A stretch of DNA of 63,941 bases from Akkermansia muciniphila (GTDB lineage: Bacteria; Verrucomicrobiota; Verrucomicrobiia; Methylacidiphilales; CAMAQI01): contig CAMCYL010000005.1 in assembly GCA_945883905.1 (NCBI GenBank), positions 1-63,941 on the forward strand, in the 5' to 3' direction. The notes below the pieces were generated by a model, which was not told where the DNA came from, searched no databases, and saw only the letters and a program-made list of their open reading frames with translations. Shown here in pieces: positions 1 through 7,255 of this stretch (the stretch's first letter is position 1; each line of letters starts with the position of its first letter). A program made the translations under genes and the position numbers.

Positions 1-63
1 CGTCCAAAACAACTTTGGATTTGAGAGGGAAAATCGAAGAGGGGGATTGAAATTCGAAAGCAG

Positions 64-465
64 TTCTCACGCGACGCCGCCACGCCGCAACGTCAGAAAG
101 GGAGAGGATCGTGAGCTCTTTCCTATCGGCGCCTCCTTTGTCGGCTGCCGCCTCCCGAGAATCTCTCCCGTTTCTTTGAAAAAAGGATTTTCAAAAAACG
201 ATCGAGTTTCTCTGGAGGGGATCGGTTTCACCTCTCCTCGGAAAGAGCTCATGATCCTCTCAGGGAGAAATTCACGGATTTTTTTGTATCATGTGGGGAA
301 GTTCTGACCCAAGAGCGTAAGCGATAGTTCCCTATTTTTAAAAAGGGATCGAAAGCTTGTTTTCGAGAACTTTTTAAAAATAGGGAGGAGGCTCCAAGGA
401 GCCGTGGTCAGAACGAGGGGGGGAGTAGGGATTTAACGTCGCGTCGTGGCGTCGTTGCGTGAGAC
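64..465. repeat. Structured ~400-bp repeat element, copy A. Imperfect terminal inverted repeats TCTCACGCGACGCC... / ...GCGTCGTTGCGTGAGAC, plus several internal hairpins
   Basis: The ends (65-95 and 436-465) are imperfect reverse complements. Internal palindromes include 107-123/240-256 (GATCGTGAGCTCTTTCC / GGAAAGAGCTCATGATC) and ~329-386. A diverged copy in inverted orientation lies at 63327-63715. Confidence 0.75.
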
Positions 466-780
466 AATGTATTTAAGGTTTTTTGTTTTGGACACCAATG
501 GAGGAAACCACTTATTTTCGCTGATGACATGGATCTTGAGTCTAAATGAAGAGAAGGAAAGTGAAATGCTAATAGGCTGTTGGACTGATAGCCTGTGAGG
601 GTTTGGGTGGGAGCGGAAAAGGCAGGATTTTAATTCTAATGGATGAAGCACGAGCTAAAATTACTTGCGCTTTCAGCGAAGATCTCATTTTCGGTTCCCG
701 AACCTTTTGTAGTTGAGATGATTGCTTTGGAGCGGTTTTTGATTTGTATCCTCCTGTTGGTTCTTTAGGGTCTCTTCGAT

Positions 781-2001
781 ATGGCGAGACCTTTGGAGCG
801 ATTGGAACAGTTTGCGGTCGATGTGATTATGGATCGACGATATGGAAAGAGGGCTGCGTTGTTGCGGACTTTTTTACATCTGCTTTCTTTTTTATATCGC
901 TTCATTATGAGGCTTCGACTTCGATGGTATGAGGGGCGTCTCCTAGCGGTTTATTCTTTGGGATGTCAGGTCATTAGTGTAGGAAATTTAACCGTGGGGG
1001 GAACGGGAAAGACACCGTGGGTTGAGAAGATTGCGAAGGATTTAACGAAGGCGGGACGGAAGGTCTCGATATTGAGTCGTGGTTATAAAAGTCAGAAGCG
1101 GCCTTTTTGGGATCGAATGAAGGAGCGTTTTTTTTCGGAGGAGCATGAGATTCCGCCACGATTAGTTTCTGATGGGAGAACCCTTTTTTTAGATTCTCGA
1201 TTTGCGGGGGATGAGCCGTTTATGTTGGCGCACAATTGTGATGGGGTTTCGGTGGTCGTTGATAAGAATCGGGTGAAGGGGGGGAAATTTGCGATCCAGC
1301 GTTTTGGAGCGAACACGTTAATTCTAGATGATGGCTTTCAATATCTGACCTTAAAGGAGCGGTATGATATTGTGCTCATCGATCGCGAGACCCCTTTTGG
1401 GAATGGACATCTTTTGCCGCGTGGAATGTTACGTGAACCGATTGACCATTTGAAGCGAGCGAATTTAATTGTGATTACAAAATGTGATGGGACTCCGATT
1501 GAGGAGTTAAAAAAGAAGATTCGTTCGTTGAACATCCATGCGCCGATCATTGAATGTCGGCATCGGGCGCTCCATTTGCAGAATATTGCAAATGACGAGA
1601 CAATGACGCTCGATTTTTTAAAGGAGTTGAAAGTCAGTGCTCTTTCAGGAATTGCACGGCCGGAAAGTTTTGAGGCCGGATTAAAGAAGTTAGGGGCCGA
1701 TATTATTTATTCGAGAGCCTATGAGGATCATCATCGCTTTTCAGAAGAGGAGTTGCAATCGCTCATGACCCGCTCTCGGAATCGAGGGGCGAAGGCGATC
1801 ATTACAACGGAAAAGGATGCGGTGCGAATTCCGCGGATGGAACAGACTCTGGTACCGATTTATTTTTTACGGGTCGAGATCGAGATCTTGTCGGGACATG
1901 AGCATTTCGAAAAATTTATTCGTCAGATGAGCCGACAAGAGGTGCTCGATCAAGCGGGGCAAGAGGCTTGGTTGAAAGAACGTTGTTTAGTCGAGGTTTA
2001 G
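781..2001 (+). CDS. lpxK: Tetraacyldisaccharide 4'-kinase (lipid A biosynthesis)
   Basis: 406-aa ORF with the LpxK P-loop context [18 protein letters not shown] and family-like length and architecture. The true start may be an internal Met (e.g. MDRRYGK). Confidence 0.9.
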   Translation: MARPLERLEQFAVDVIMDRRYGKRAALLRTFLHLLSFLYRFIMRLRLRWYEGRLLAVYSLGCQVISVGNLTVGGTGKTPWVEKIAKDLTKAGRKVSILSRGYKSQKRPFWDRMKERFFSEEHEIPPRLVSDGRTLFLDSRFAGDEPFMLAHNCDGVSVVVDKNRVKGGKFAIQRFGANTLILDDGFQYLTLKERYDIVLIDRETPFGNGHLLPRGMLREPIDHLKRANLIVITKCDGTPIEELKKKIRSLNIHAPIIECRHRALHLQNIANDETMTLDFLKELKVSALSGIARPESFEAGLKKLGADIIYSRAYEDHHRFSEEELQSLMTRSRNRGAKAIITTEKDAVRIPRMEQTLVPIYFLRVEIEILSGHEHFEKFIRQMSRQEVLDQAGQEAWLKERCLVEV

Positions 2002-2015
2002 GAAAGGGGAAAAAG

Positions 2016-2193
2016 GATTAATCGCCAAGTAAAAGCAAAGTACGCTAAGAAGGGATAAAATAGAAACCACTGATTTTCGCTTATTTTCACTTATGCTTAC
2101 ATTGTTTAAGACAATATCAATGTCGATTAGTGAAGATCAGCGGTTTATCTTTTTATCATGAGTGGCGATCTTCGAATTTAACTTGGCGGTTAA
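2016..2193. repeat. REP/MITE-like element of the 'TTAACCGCCAAG ... ACCACTGATTTTCACT' family
   Basis: Terminal inverted repeat GATTAATCGCCAAGT / ACTTGGCGGTTAA. Internal AACCACTGATTTTCGCTTATTTTCACT pairs with TAGTGAAGATCAGCGGTT. Related copies lie at 3702-3755, 6403-6490, 7100-7162, 17929-18130 and ~505-530. Confidence 0.7.
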
Positions 2194-2310
2194 ATTAATT
2201 GCCCTTTTAGCTTCACTCTTGTCGTATTGACGGGGCTCGACTACTGCGATCTGATGAATGTTGCTGGAATGGCCTTGATTTTATATCAAAATGATATCAT
2301 ATTAGTATCA

Positions 2311-2574
2311 ATGAACCTTTTAATTCGAAATATTCCTACGGAAACACATCAAAAAATAAGGGAAAGAGCTAAAAAGAATCATCGTAGTTTGAACCAAGAG
2401 ATCCTCTTTCTTTTGGATGAAATTTCTTTTCAAGAAACGGAGGAAGAACGGATTCAAAAACGGAGAGAGCATCTTCTTCAAGTAAGCAAGCGGATTGATG
2501 ATATTCGCAAGCAGATAAATGTTTTTGCGACTTGTGAAGAGATAGATCATGCGAAGAAAGAGAGACGGGTTTAA
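2311..2574 (+). CDS. vapB: Ribbon-helix-helix (Arc/FitA-like) antitoxin of a VapBC module
   Basis: MNLLIRNIPTETHQKIRERAKKNHRSLNQEIL is a typical RHH antitoxin N-terminus. The stop overlaps the start of the downstream PIN gene. The start is taken at internal Met29 of track ORF 2227-2574. Confidence 0.8.
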   Translation: MNLLIRNIPTETHQKIRERAKKNHRSLNQEILFLLDEISFQETEEERIQKRREHLLQVSKRIDDIRKQINVFATCEEIDHAKKERRV

Positions 2575-2978
2575 TGATCATCGTGGATTCGACCGTTTTA
2601 ATTGATTATTTAATTGGAGAAGAACGATTTCAATCACAGGCGAAATCTTTGATGAAAATAGATCCTTATTGGGTGCTCCCTTCCCTTTGGAATTACGAGT
2701 TTGGGAATACGTTGTGGAAAATGGTTTCTTTTAAAAAGTTTTCTCCCGAGATTGCAGAACTTTTAGTTGGGGAGGCAGAGCATCTTGTTTTTGAAACGGT
2801 GGAGATTATTGATTCCTCCGCTATTTTAAAAATAGCGACCGAGCGATCCCTCACATTTTACGATGCCTCTTTTGTTTGGTTGGCAAAGAGTCGTGGATTA
2901 AAACTTTACACACGTGATCTGGAGATCCTTCAAAAATCTCCTGAAGTTGCTTTGAATCCCATGGATTTAATATATTAA
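2574..2978 (+). CDS. vapC: PIN-domain toxin (VapC family)
   Basis: N-terminus MIIVDSTVLIDYL, internal YDASFVWLA and C-terminal TRD are the PIN acidic-residue motifs. The start is coupled to the upstream antitoxin. Confidence 0.85.
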   Translation: MIIVDSTVLIDYLIGEERFQSQAKSLMKIDPYWVLPSLWNYEFGNTLWKMVSFKKFSPEIAELLVGEAEHLVFETVEIIDSSAILKIATERSLTFYDASFVWLAKSRGLKLYTRDLEILQKSPEVALNPMDLIY

Positions 2979-2990
2979 TTTGTTTATGAT

Positions 2991-3701
2991 TTGAAGATGA
3001 AATTAATCTCTCTTCTATTTCTGGGGCTGTTCTTTTTATTCGGCTGTCAAAAGAGGGAGTCAAATAATTCTCGCGAGCGACGACAGATTCAAGTCGTTGG
3101 AAGTGCAATGCGGTTAATGAAACCGGACCAACTGAAGATCACGGTCATGGTGAATCTTCAAGAGAAGAATATGAAGTTGGCGAAGGAGCGAATGGATCTT
3201 GCGCAAGGTCAGGTTTGGGAGGCTTTGAGGAAACTTTCGATTCAAAAAGAGAACATTGAGGAGTCGGGAGTTCAATTTCAACGGCAGATGGATTATCAAA
3301 CCAAGCAGCTGCTTTATTTTACCTCAAATTCGATTCAATTTAAGATTAAAGATTTCGCAATCTATGACTCCTTAGTTAACGCCTTGACGACGATTCCGGA
3401 TGTGAACTTAAATTCGCCACAGCCTGTTATTTCCAATGAACGAGAGGTGAGGGATGAAGTTCGGAGTGAGGCGGTGGTGGATGCGAAGAAAAAGGCGGAG
3501 TCGATGTTAAAACCGTTGGGATTAAAATTAGGAAAACCGATTCTCATGAGTGAGTCAGGAGGAGTGATGCCGATGGGAGATCATGTGATGATGGCACGCT
3601 CTGCTGCTTCAGGCATTGGAGGGAGTCGTCCCGAGGAATTTGCGGCGGGGAACCAGGAGATTGAGGTGCAGGTGAATGTGCAGTTTGAGATCGAGGAATA
3701 G
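2991..3701 (+). CDS. SIMPL/DUF541-like lipoprotein (BP26/OMP28-like periplasmic protein)
   Basis: Lipoprotein-type signal peptide LLFLGLFFLFGC. Has the I-V-G-A...KPD pattern near the N-terminus and an alternating C-terminal beta pattern EIEVQVNVQFEIE typical of SIMPL proteins. Confidence 0.55.
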   Translation: MKMKLISLLFLGLFFLFGCQKRESNNSRERRQIQVVGSAMRLMKPDQLKITVMVNLQEKNMKLAKERMDLAQGQVWEALRKLSIQKENIEESGVQFQRQMDYQTKQLLYFTSNSIQFKIKDFAIYDSLVNALTTIPDVNLNSPQPVISNEREVRDEVRSEAVVDAKKKAESMLKPLGLKLGKPILMSESGGVMPMGDHVMMARSAASGIGGSRPEEFAAGNQEIEVQVNVQFEIEE

Positions 3702-3755
3702 GATTTAACCGCCAAGAAAATTAAACCACTTATCTGCACTGATTTTCACTCATCT
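3702..3755. repeat. REP-like repeat (TTAACCGCCAAG / ACCACTTATCTGCACTGATTTTCACT family), partial copy
   Basis: GATTTAACCGCCAAGAAAATTAAACCACTTATCTGCACTGATTTTCACTCATC matches the left half of the 2016-2193 and 17929-18130 elements. Confidence 0.6.
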
Positions 3756-3981
3756 AATTTTTTGACCTTTGATCTTAAGATTAGAAGCCTCCCGATGCCT
3801 GAGGGAAAGGAGTTGGTGGAGTATTTATTCTAATTTGCCAAAACGATTCTTTTCTCGTTCTTTAATATCTCTAGTCGAGTCAGGAGGGATCGACTACTGG
3901 AAGTTCTATGAAACTTGACCAACATGCGCATTTAAATCATGGAAACGCAGAGGATCTCCCTCCATTGACAACTATAATGTT

Positions 3982-4254
3982 GTGTTACGGTTTTTTATTA
4001 AAGATTCTGAATGGTCGGTACCGTTACTCTGCCGCTCTGAGATTAGAAATATTTTAACTCTTTATATGCGTCAGCAACAGCTGTCTTTGATTCAGGCAAA
4101 AGGGATTATGGGAAAAGCTGAAATACTTTGGAAGGGGCGTGAGTTTAGCGTTCCTTCGGAGGAGATTTTTGAGCTTACGGCCGAGTTCAAAGTTTCCGCT
4201 TATGAGTCTATGTCAAGGGCTCAAGAATCTCGAGATGTAGACCGTGGGACTTGA
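3982..4254 (+). pseudogene. Truncated PIN-domain (VapC-like) gene fragment
   Basis: The 90-aa ORF resembles only the middle part of a PIN toxin (...LTAEFKVSAYES... resembles the xxYDAxY motif). It lacks the N-terminal Asp motif and the C-terminus, has no partner antitoxin, and its 3' end is overlapped by the convergent vapC at 4208-4648. Confidence 0.4.
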
Positions 4255-4648
4255 ACTTCAGGAAATCTCGATCGCGTGTGATGAATGTCCCACCATGTTC
4301 AATAGCGATCGCTGCATGTTGAGCATCGGCGACGTGTTTCCCCATCGAAGCGGTTTTTTCGCAAAGCATTTTGGTGATCTTCCAATGATCTTGTCCTGGA
4401 AGAAGCCAGCGGCAGTTATGAAAATTCTTAAGATCATCGATGACGCCGATGGCTTGGCGAAGGGGTGTTGGTTGGGGTGGAAAAGTAGGATGGGTGACGA
4501 TACGAACAAAAGCCGTTGCGGTTAATAGGGAGAGACCTACGGCTTCATCTCCGTTCACTGCGGTTTCAACCCAGTTTCGATAAAACGGATGAGCAGGATC
4601 TTCTTGGCGGTGGGCGTAGATCCAGAGATTGACGTCAGGAATGATCAT
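4208..4648 (-). CDS. vapC: PIN-domain toxin (VapC family)
   Basis: MIIPDVNLWIYAH N-terminus, DAQHAAIAIEHG, and TFITRDRDF at the C-terminus. The start abuts the stop of the upstream antitoxin (shared base 4648). Confidence 0.85.
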   Translation of the reverse strand: MIIPDVNLWIYAHRQEDPAHPFYRNWVETAVNGDEAVGLSLLTATAFVRIVTHPTFPPQPTPLRQAIGVIDDLKNFHNCRWLLPGQDHWKITKMLCEKTASMGKHVADAQHAAIAIEHGGTFITRDRDFLKFKSHGLHLEILEPLT

Positions 4649-4878
4649 TAACGTCCCTCGTCCCGGAGTTTTGCGATCTCTTTAAGGGAATGAATTGTGG
4701 GGGTTGATCCCCCGAAGACAGGTATAATGAATTTTTCAGTCCCTTTTGGTTCATCTTGTCTTCTCATATAATCTTCAAGGGCTTGGGTGGTTAATGTCCC
4801 CAAAGTGGTTCCTGCTTCCAACGCAAATTTTTTAGCTTGCGTAAAAATGCGGTCATTAATAATTAAAGTTGTTCGCAT
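4648..4878 (-). CDS. vapB: VapB-type antitoxin (MRTT... family)
   Basis: MRTTLIINDRIFTQAKKFALEAGTTLGTL is a typical VapB N-terminus, paralogous to 48352-48609. The start is taken at the internal Met of track ORF 4648-4890. Confidence 0.8.
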   Translation of the reverse strand: MRTTLIINDRIFTQAKKFALEAGTTLGTLTTQALEDYMRRQDEPKGTEKFIIPVFGGSTPTIHSLKEIAKLRDEGR

Positions 4879-4939
4879 ATGTATGAACATACATATGATT
4901 TATTTAAAATCAAGGAGGGCTTAGTCCCTCACTGCTTGA

Positions 4940-4976
4940 GCCTAGAAAAAGCAATTGGAACCACGGATCCGTGGTT
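4940..4976 (-). other. Hairpin plus tail resembling the unoccupied version of the group II intron insertion site seen at 63762-63795; possible terminator of the phd-PIN operon
   Basis: The minus strand reads AACCACGGATCCGTGGTTCCAATTGCTTTTTCTAGGC. The last ~30 nt match 63766-63795 with 2 mismatches, but the sequence continues TCAAGC... instead of the intron start GTGCG. Confidence 0.45.
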
Positions 4977-4998
4977 AAATCATCTCCGATTATTAGGT

Positions 4999-5406
4999 TT
5001 ATAAAAGGGGAATAAGTTGTAATGATACTACCCCACTTTCGATGATTTTATGATCTGCCGTAATTAAAGGAACTTGATGGTGGAGGGCAGTTGCCGTGAT
5101 CATCCGATCAGCGGGATCGTCGTGAAAACTTGGAGGAAGTTTCAAGAGTTCAAATAAAATCGGCTTGGAGAGATCGATTACGGAGATGCCTACGGATTGT
5201 GTGTAGGTATCGATGAATTCTTGGGCTGGGAGGTGAAGGTGAATTCGATTTTTTTGATACAGAAGGATTGTCTCCCAAAGTGAAATAGTAGAGAGACCAA
5301 AAGTCGAATCCATGGGAAGATTTTTAATTCGTTCCGCACGGGGATCTCCAAGTATGAGCCAAAGCCACGCGTGGGTATCAAGGAGATGGGAAATGTTCTT
5401 CATCAT
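4999..5406 (-). CDS. PIN-domain toxin paired with a Phd/YefM antitoxin
   Basis: LLDTHAWLWLILGDP N-terminal PIN motif, DPADRMITATA, and LITADHK at the C-terminus. Overlaps the upstream antitoxin gene by 29 nt. Confidence 0.85.
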   Translation of the reverse strand: MMKNISHLLDTHAWLWLILGDPRAERIKNLPMDSTFGLSTISLWETILLYQKNRIHLHLPAQEFIDTYTQSVGISVIDLSKPILFELLKLPPSFHDDPADRMITATALHHQVPLITADHKIIESGVVSLQLIPLL

Positions 5407-5632
5407 TTGTCCATTTCACATCGAGCGATTTTAAGAGGTCTGTTTGCACAGTGGCTTTATTTTTTCCAATCCCAAAGAGTTGTTGAGGGGTCATGGTTGT
5501 TACTTCAATAGGTAGAAGTCGAGCAACAGGTCGTCCATGTTTGGTGATGGTGAATCCCTCGCCTCTGTTTGAGACCAGATCCATGAGTTCAAGGCATTTT
5601 GCCTTAAAGAGGGTGGCGGCGATAAAAGTCAT
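5378..5632 (-). CDS. Phd/YefM-family antitoxin
   Basis: FKAKCLELMDLVSNRGEGFTITKHGRPVARLLP is the prevent-host-death signature. Confidence 0.85.
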   Translation of the reverse strand: MTFIAATLFKAKCLELMDLVSNRGEGFTITKHGRPVARLLPIEVTTMTPQQLFGIGKNKATVQTDLLKSLDVKWTNDEEHFPSP

Positions 5633-5662
5633 GAAATGACTATAAAAGTGGTTAGATTAAAA

Positions 5663-5760
5663 GTCAAATAATCAAGCTGGGTTTGGGTCATATTTTGAGT
5701 TGGGCGAAATAGTGGAGGAAGAGAGTTGTTCTGTCAGGGCTTGATTATGATGGGGACTCG
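5663..5760 (+). repeat. ~90-bp direct repeat, copy 1 (hairpin ends ATAATCAAGC...GCTTGATTAT)
   Basis: GTCAAATAATCAAGCTGGGTTTGGGTCATATTTTGAGTTGGGCGAAATAGTGGAGGAAGAGAGTTGTTCTGTCAGGGCTTGATTATGA recurs at 6299-6386 with about 8 substitutions and a 1-nt indel. Confidence 0.85.
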
Positions 5761-5823
5761 TTCCGGTTTTTTTCGCAACTTCTGTGATTGTCGTTTGAGA
5801 GGGGGTCGACTACTTGAAAAGAA

Positions 5824-6108
5824 ATGAAGGAATGGACGGTGGTTTATGAAGATATTGCAATTAAGGATCTTGAGGATTTTATTTTTTACTGTTCTCCCTC
5901 AGAGGCATCGGAAAGATTTGTTTGGAAAATGATCAACCAAATTGAAACTTTAGCTCAAAATCCCTATCGGTATCGCTCAATACCAAATAGATCTCATTTT
6001 CGAAGAATGCTCTATCGACCATTTCAAATTTTTTATAAAGTCGAAGAAGCTGAAAAAACTGTCAGAATTATGAGAGTCTGGCATTCTGCAAGGGAGTTTT
6101 GGAAATAG
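5824..6108 (+). CDS. RelE/ParE-family toxin, with no intact upstream antitoxin
   Basis: The sequence AIKDLEDFIFYCSP...NPYRYRSIP...FRRMLYRPFQIFYKVEEAEKTVRIMRVWHSAR is ParE/RelE-like. Upstream there is only a 26-codon ORF (5757-5837) whose stop overlaps the toxin start (ATGA). Confidence 0.8.
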   Translation: MKEWTVVYEDIAIKDLEDFIFYCSPSEASERFVWKMINQIETLAQNPYRYRSIPNRSHFRRMLYRPFQIFYKVEEAEKTVRIMRVWHSAREFWK

Positions 6109-6298
6109 GTTTTTTTAATCGAATTTTTTTGAAGAGATTTGAAATCCTTTTACGAGCTAGATCCGCTGAAATTCCGCTTGTGGGAGTTATATCTCGAATC
6201 GCTTCATCTAAAGCCGCTAAAGCGGCTGGAGAAATATCAACGGATTTTGTTGAAGGAACTTTTGACATAAATGAATTGTAGTCGAATGACGTTTAGTC

Positions 6299-6386
6299 GT
6301 CAAATAATCAAGCCGGGTTGGGGTCGTATTTTGAGTTTGGCGAAATAGTGGAGGAAGAGAGTTGTTCCGTGAGGGCTTGATTATGA
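6299..6386 (+). repeat. ~90-bp direct repeat, copy 2
   Basis: About 90% identical to 5663-5760 in the same orientation. Together the two copies bracket the orphan ParE gene. Confidence 0.85.
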
Positions 6387-6402
6387 AAGGAATTTGCGCG
6401 GA

Positions 6403-6490
6403 GATTTACCACTTATTTTTACTGATCTGCTCTTATAAACCTAAAAACCGCAGATGATTTAACCAGGATAACACAGATATCACGGATTGA
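6403..6490. repeat. REP-like repeat (ACCACTTATTTTTACTGAT ... AACACAGATATCACGGAT words)
   Basis: Shares the ACCACTnATTTT(T/C)ACTGAT core with the other family members. Confidence 0.5.
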
Positions 6491-6517
6491 GGAGGTTATG
6501 AAAAAGAAGTTCCTTTT

Positions 6518-7006
6518 TTAGAGCTCTTTTTTAATCAATAAATCTGAAAATCTTTTAGAAAATAAAATGCAAATTATTCCCGCCCCTAAACTGATAAACG
6601 GGAGCGTAAAATCGTACAAATCTAACTTATTGGCATTGGTTTCTCCTGCATGGGGAACCGCAGTATTCAACATATAAATCAACCATTGTAATGCAGAAGG
6701 AAAATTTTCCAGAAAATACCAAAGTCCTACTCCAATAAAAATAGCTCGGTAAAGTTCATGATTGGTGATCGAAAACACTTTAATTGGTTCATCAATTCCT
6801 TGTGTTAAAAAAGAAGCAATTTTCGGGGCAAACTTCCACCCTAAAAAAGCGAGACATAGATAGATTAACGGAAATAGATTATAAATTATTCCAATAAGCG
6901 TATAATCTGTTGAAAAATTAGTCACACAAGGGATCAGTCCAGAAAGACCTTTAATTAGCCAATTTAAAACAAAAAAACGAATCACAAGTGCCGCTATATT
7001 TTTCAT
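6518..7006 (-). CDS. Hypothetical integral membrane protein (about 4-5 TM segments)
   Basis: 162-aa ORF, hydrophobic throughout, and visibly more AT-rich than its neighbours. No recognisable family. Confidence 0.5.
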   Translation of the reverse strand: MKNIAALVIRFFVLNWLIKGLSGLIPCVTNFSTDYTLIGIIYNLFPLIYLCLAFLGWKFAPKIASFLTQGIDEPIKVFSITNHELYRAIFIGVGLWYFLENFPSALQWLIYMLNTAVPHAGETNANKLDLYDFTLPFISLGAGIICILFSKRFSDLLIKKEL

Positions 7007-7099
7007 ATTTTTAAATTATCATATTTTTACGAAAGGGGGAGTCCTAAAATCTCAAGGAGAACAAGAGAGATTTGAAAATTTTTTATTGATACTGACCAT

Positions 7100-7162
7100 G
7101 CCACTAGGTTTATGAGCGAAAATTAGTGAAGATTAGCGGTTTTGACTCTTCCCTTGGCGATA
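7100..7162. repeat. REP-like repeat, right-half copy (AATTAGTGAAGATTAGCGGTT ... CTTGGCGAT)
   Basis: Reverse-complement orientation of the ACCGCTAATCTTCACTAAT core, plus a CCAAG-type end. Confidence 0.5.
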
Positions 7163-7255
7163 TTTGTCTTTCGTTGCTCCCCTTCCACCCTCCGAGCTAA
7201 AATTGCAAGCAGCTCGGCTGTTAGAATGGAATCGATTTACGATCCTTTTGGCGGT

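Noticed and set aside
47-651. Track ORFs 47-307 (+), 67-252 (-) and 433-651 (-) at the left edge
   Set aside because: They lie inside or across the structured repeat element. The homologous inverted copy at 63327-63715 does not preserve any of these reading frames, so they are most likely non-coding.
6068-6281. ORFs 6068-6268 (-) and 6099-6281 (+) downstream of ParE, considered as real genes
   Set aside because: There is no recognisable family, they mutually overlap, and they partly overlap the ParE 3' end. They are mentioned only as a hypothesis in the orphan-ParE finding.
2200-6400. Interpretation of the TA cassette region as a chromosomal integron array with attC sites
   Set aside because: No intI integrase or attI is present in the window. 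The repeats do not show the canonical attC R''/R' (RYYYAAC/GTTRRRY) cores that I could identify. The idea is kept only as a weak possibility under the motif finding.
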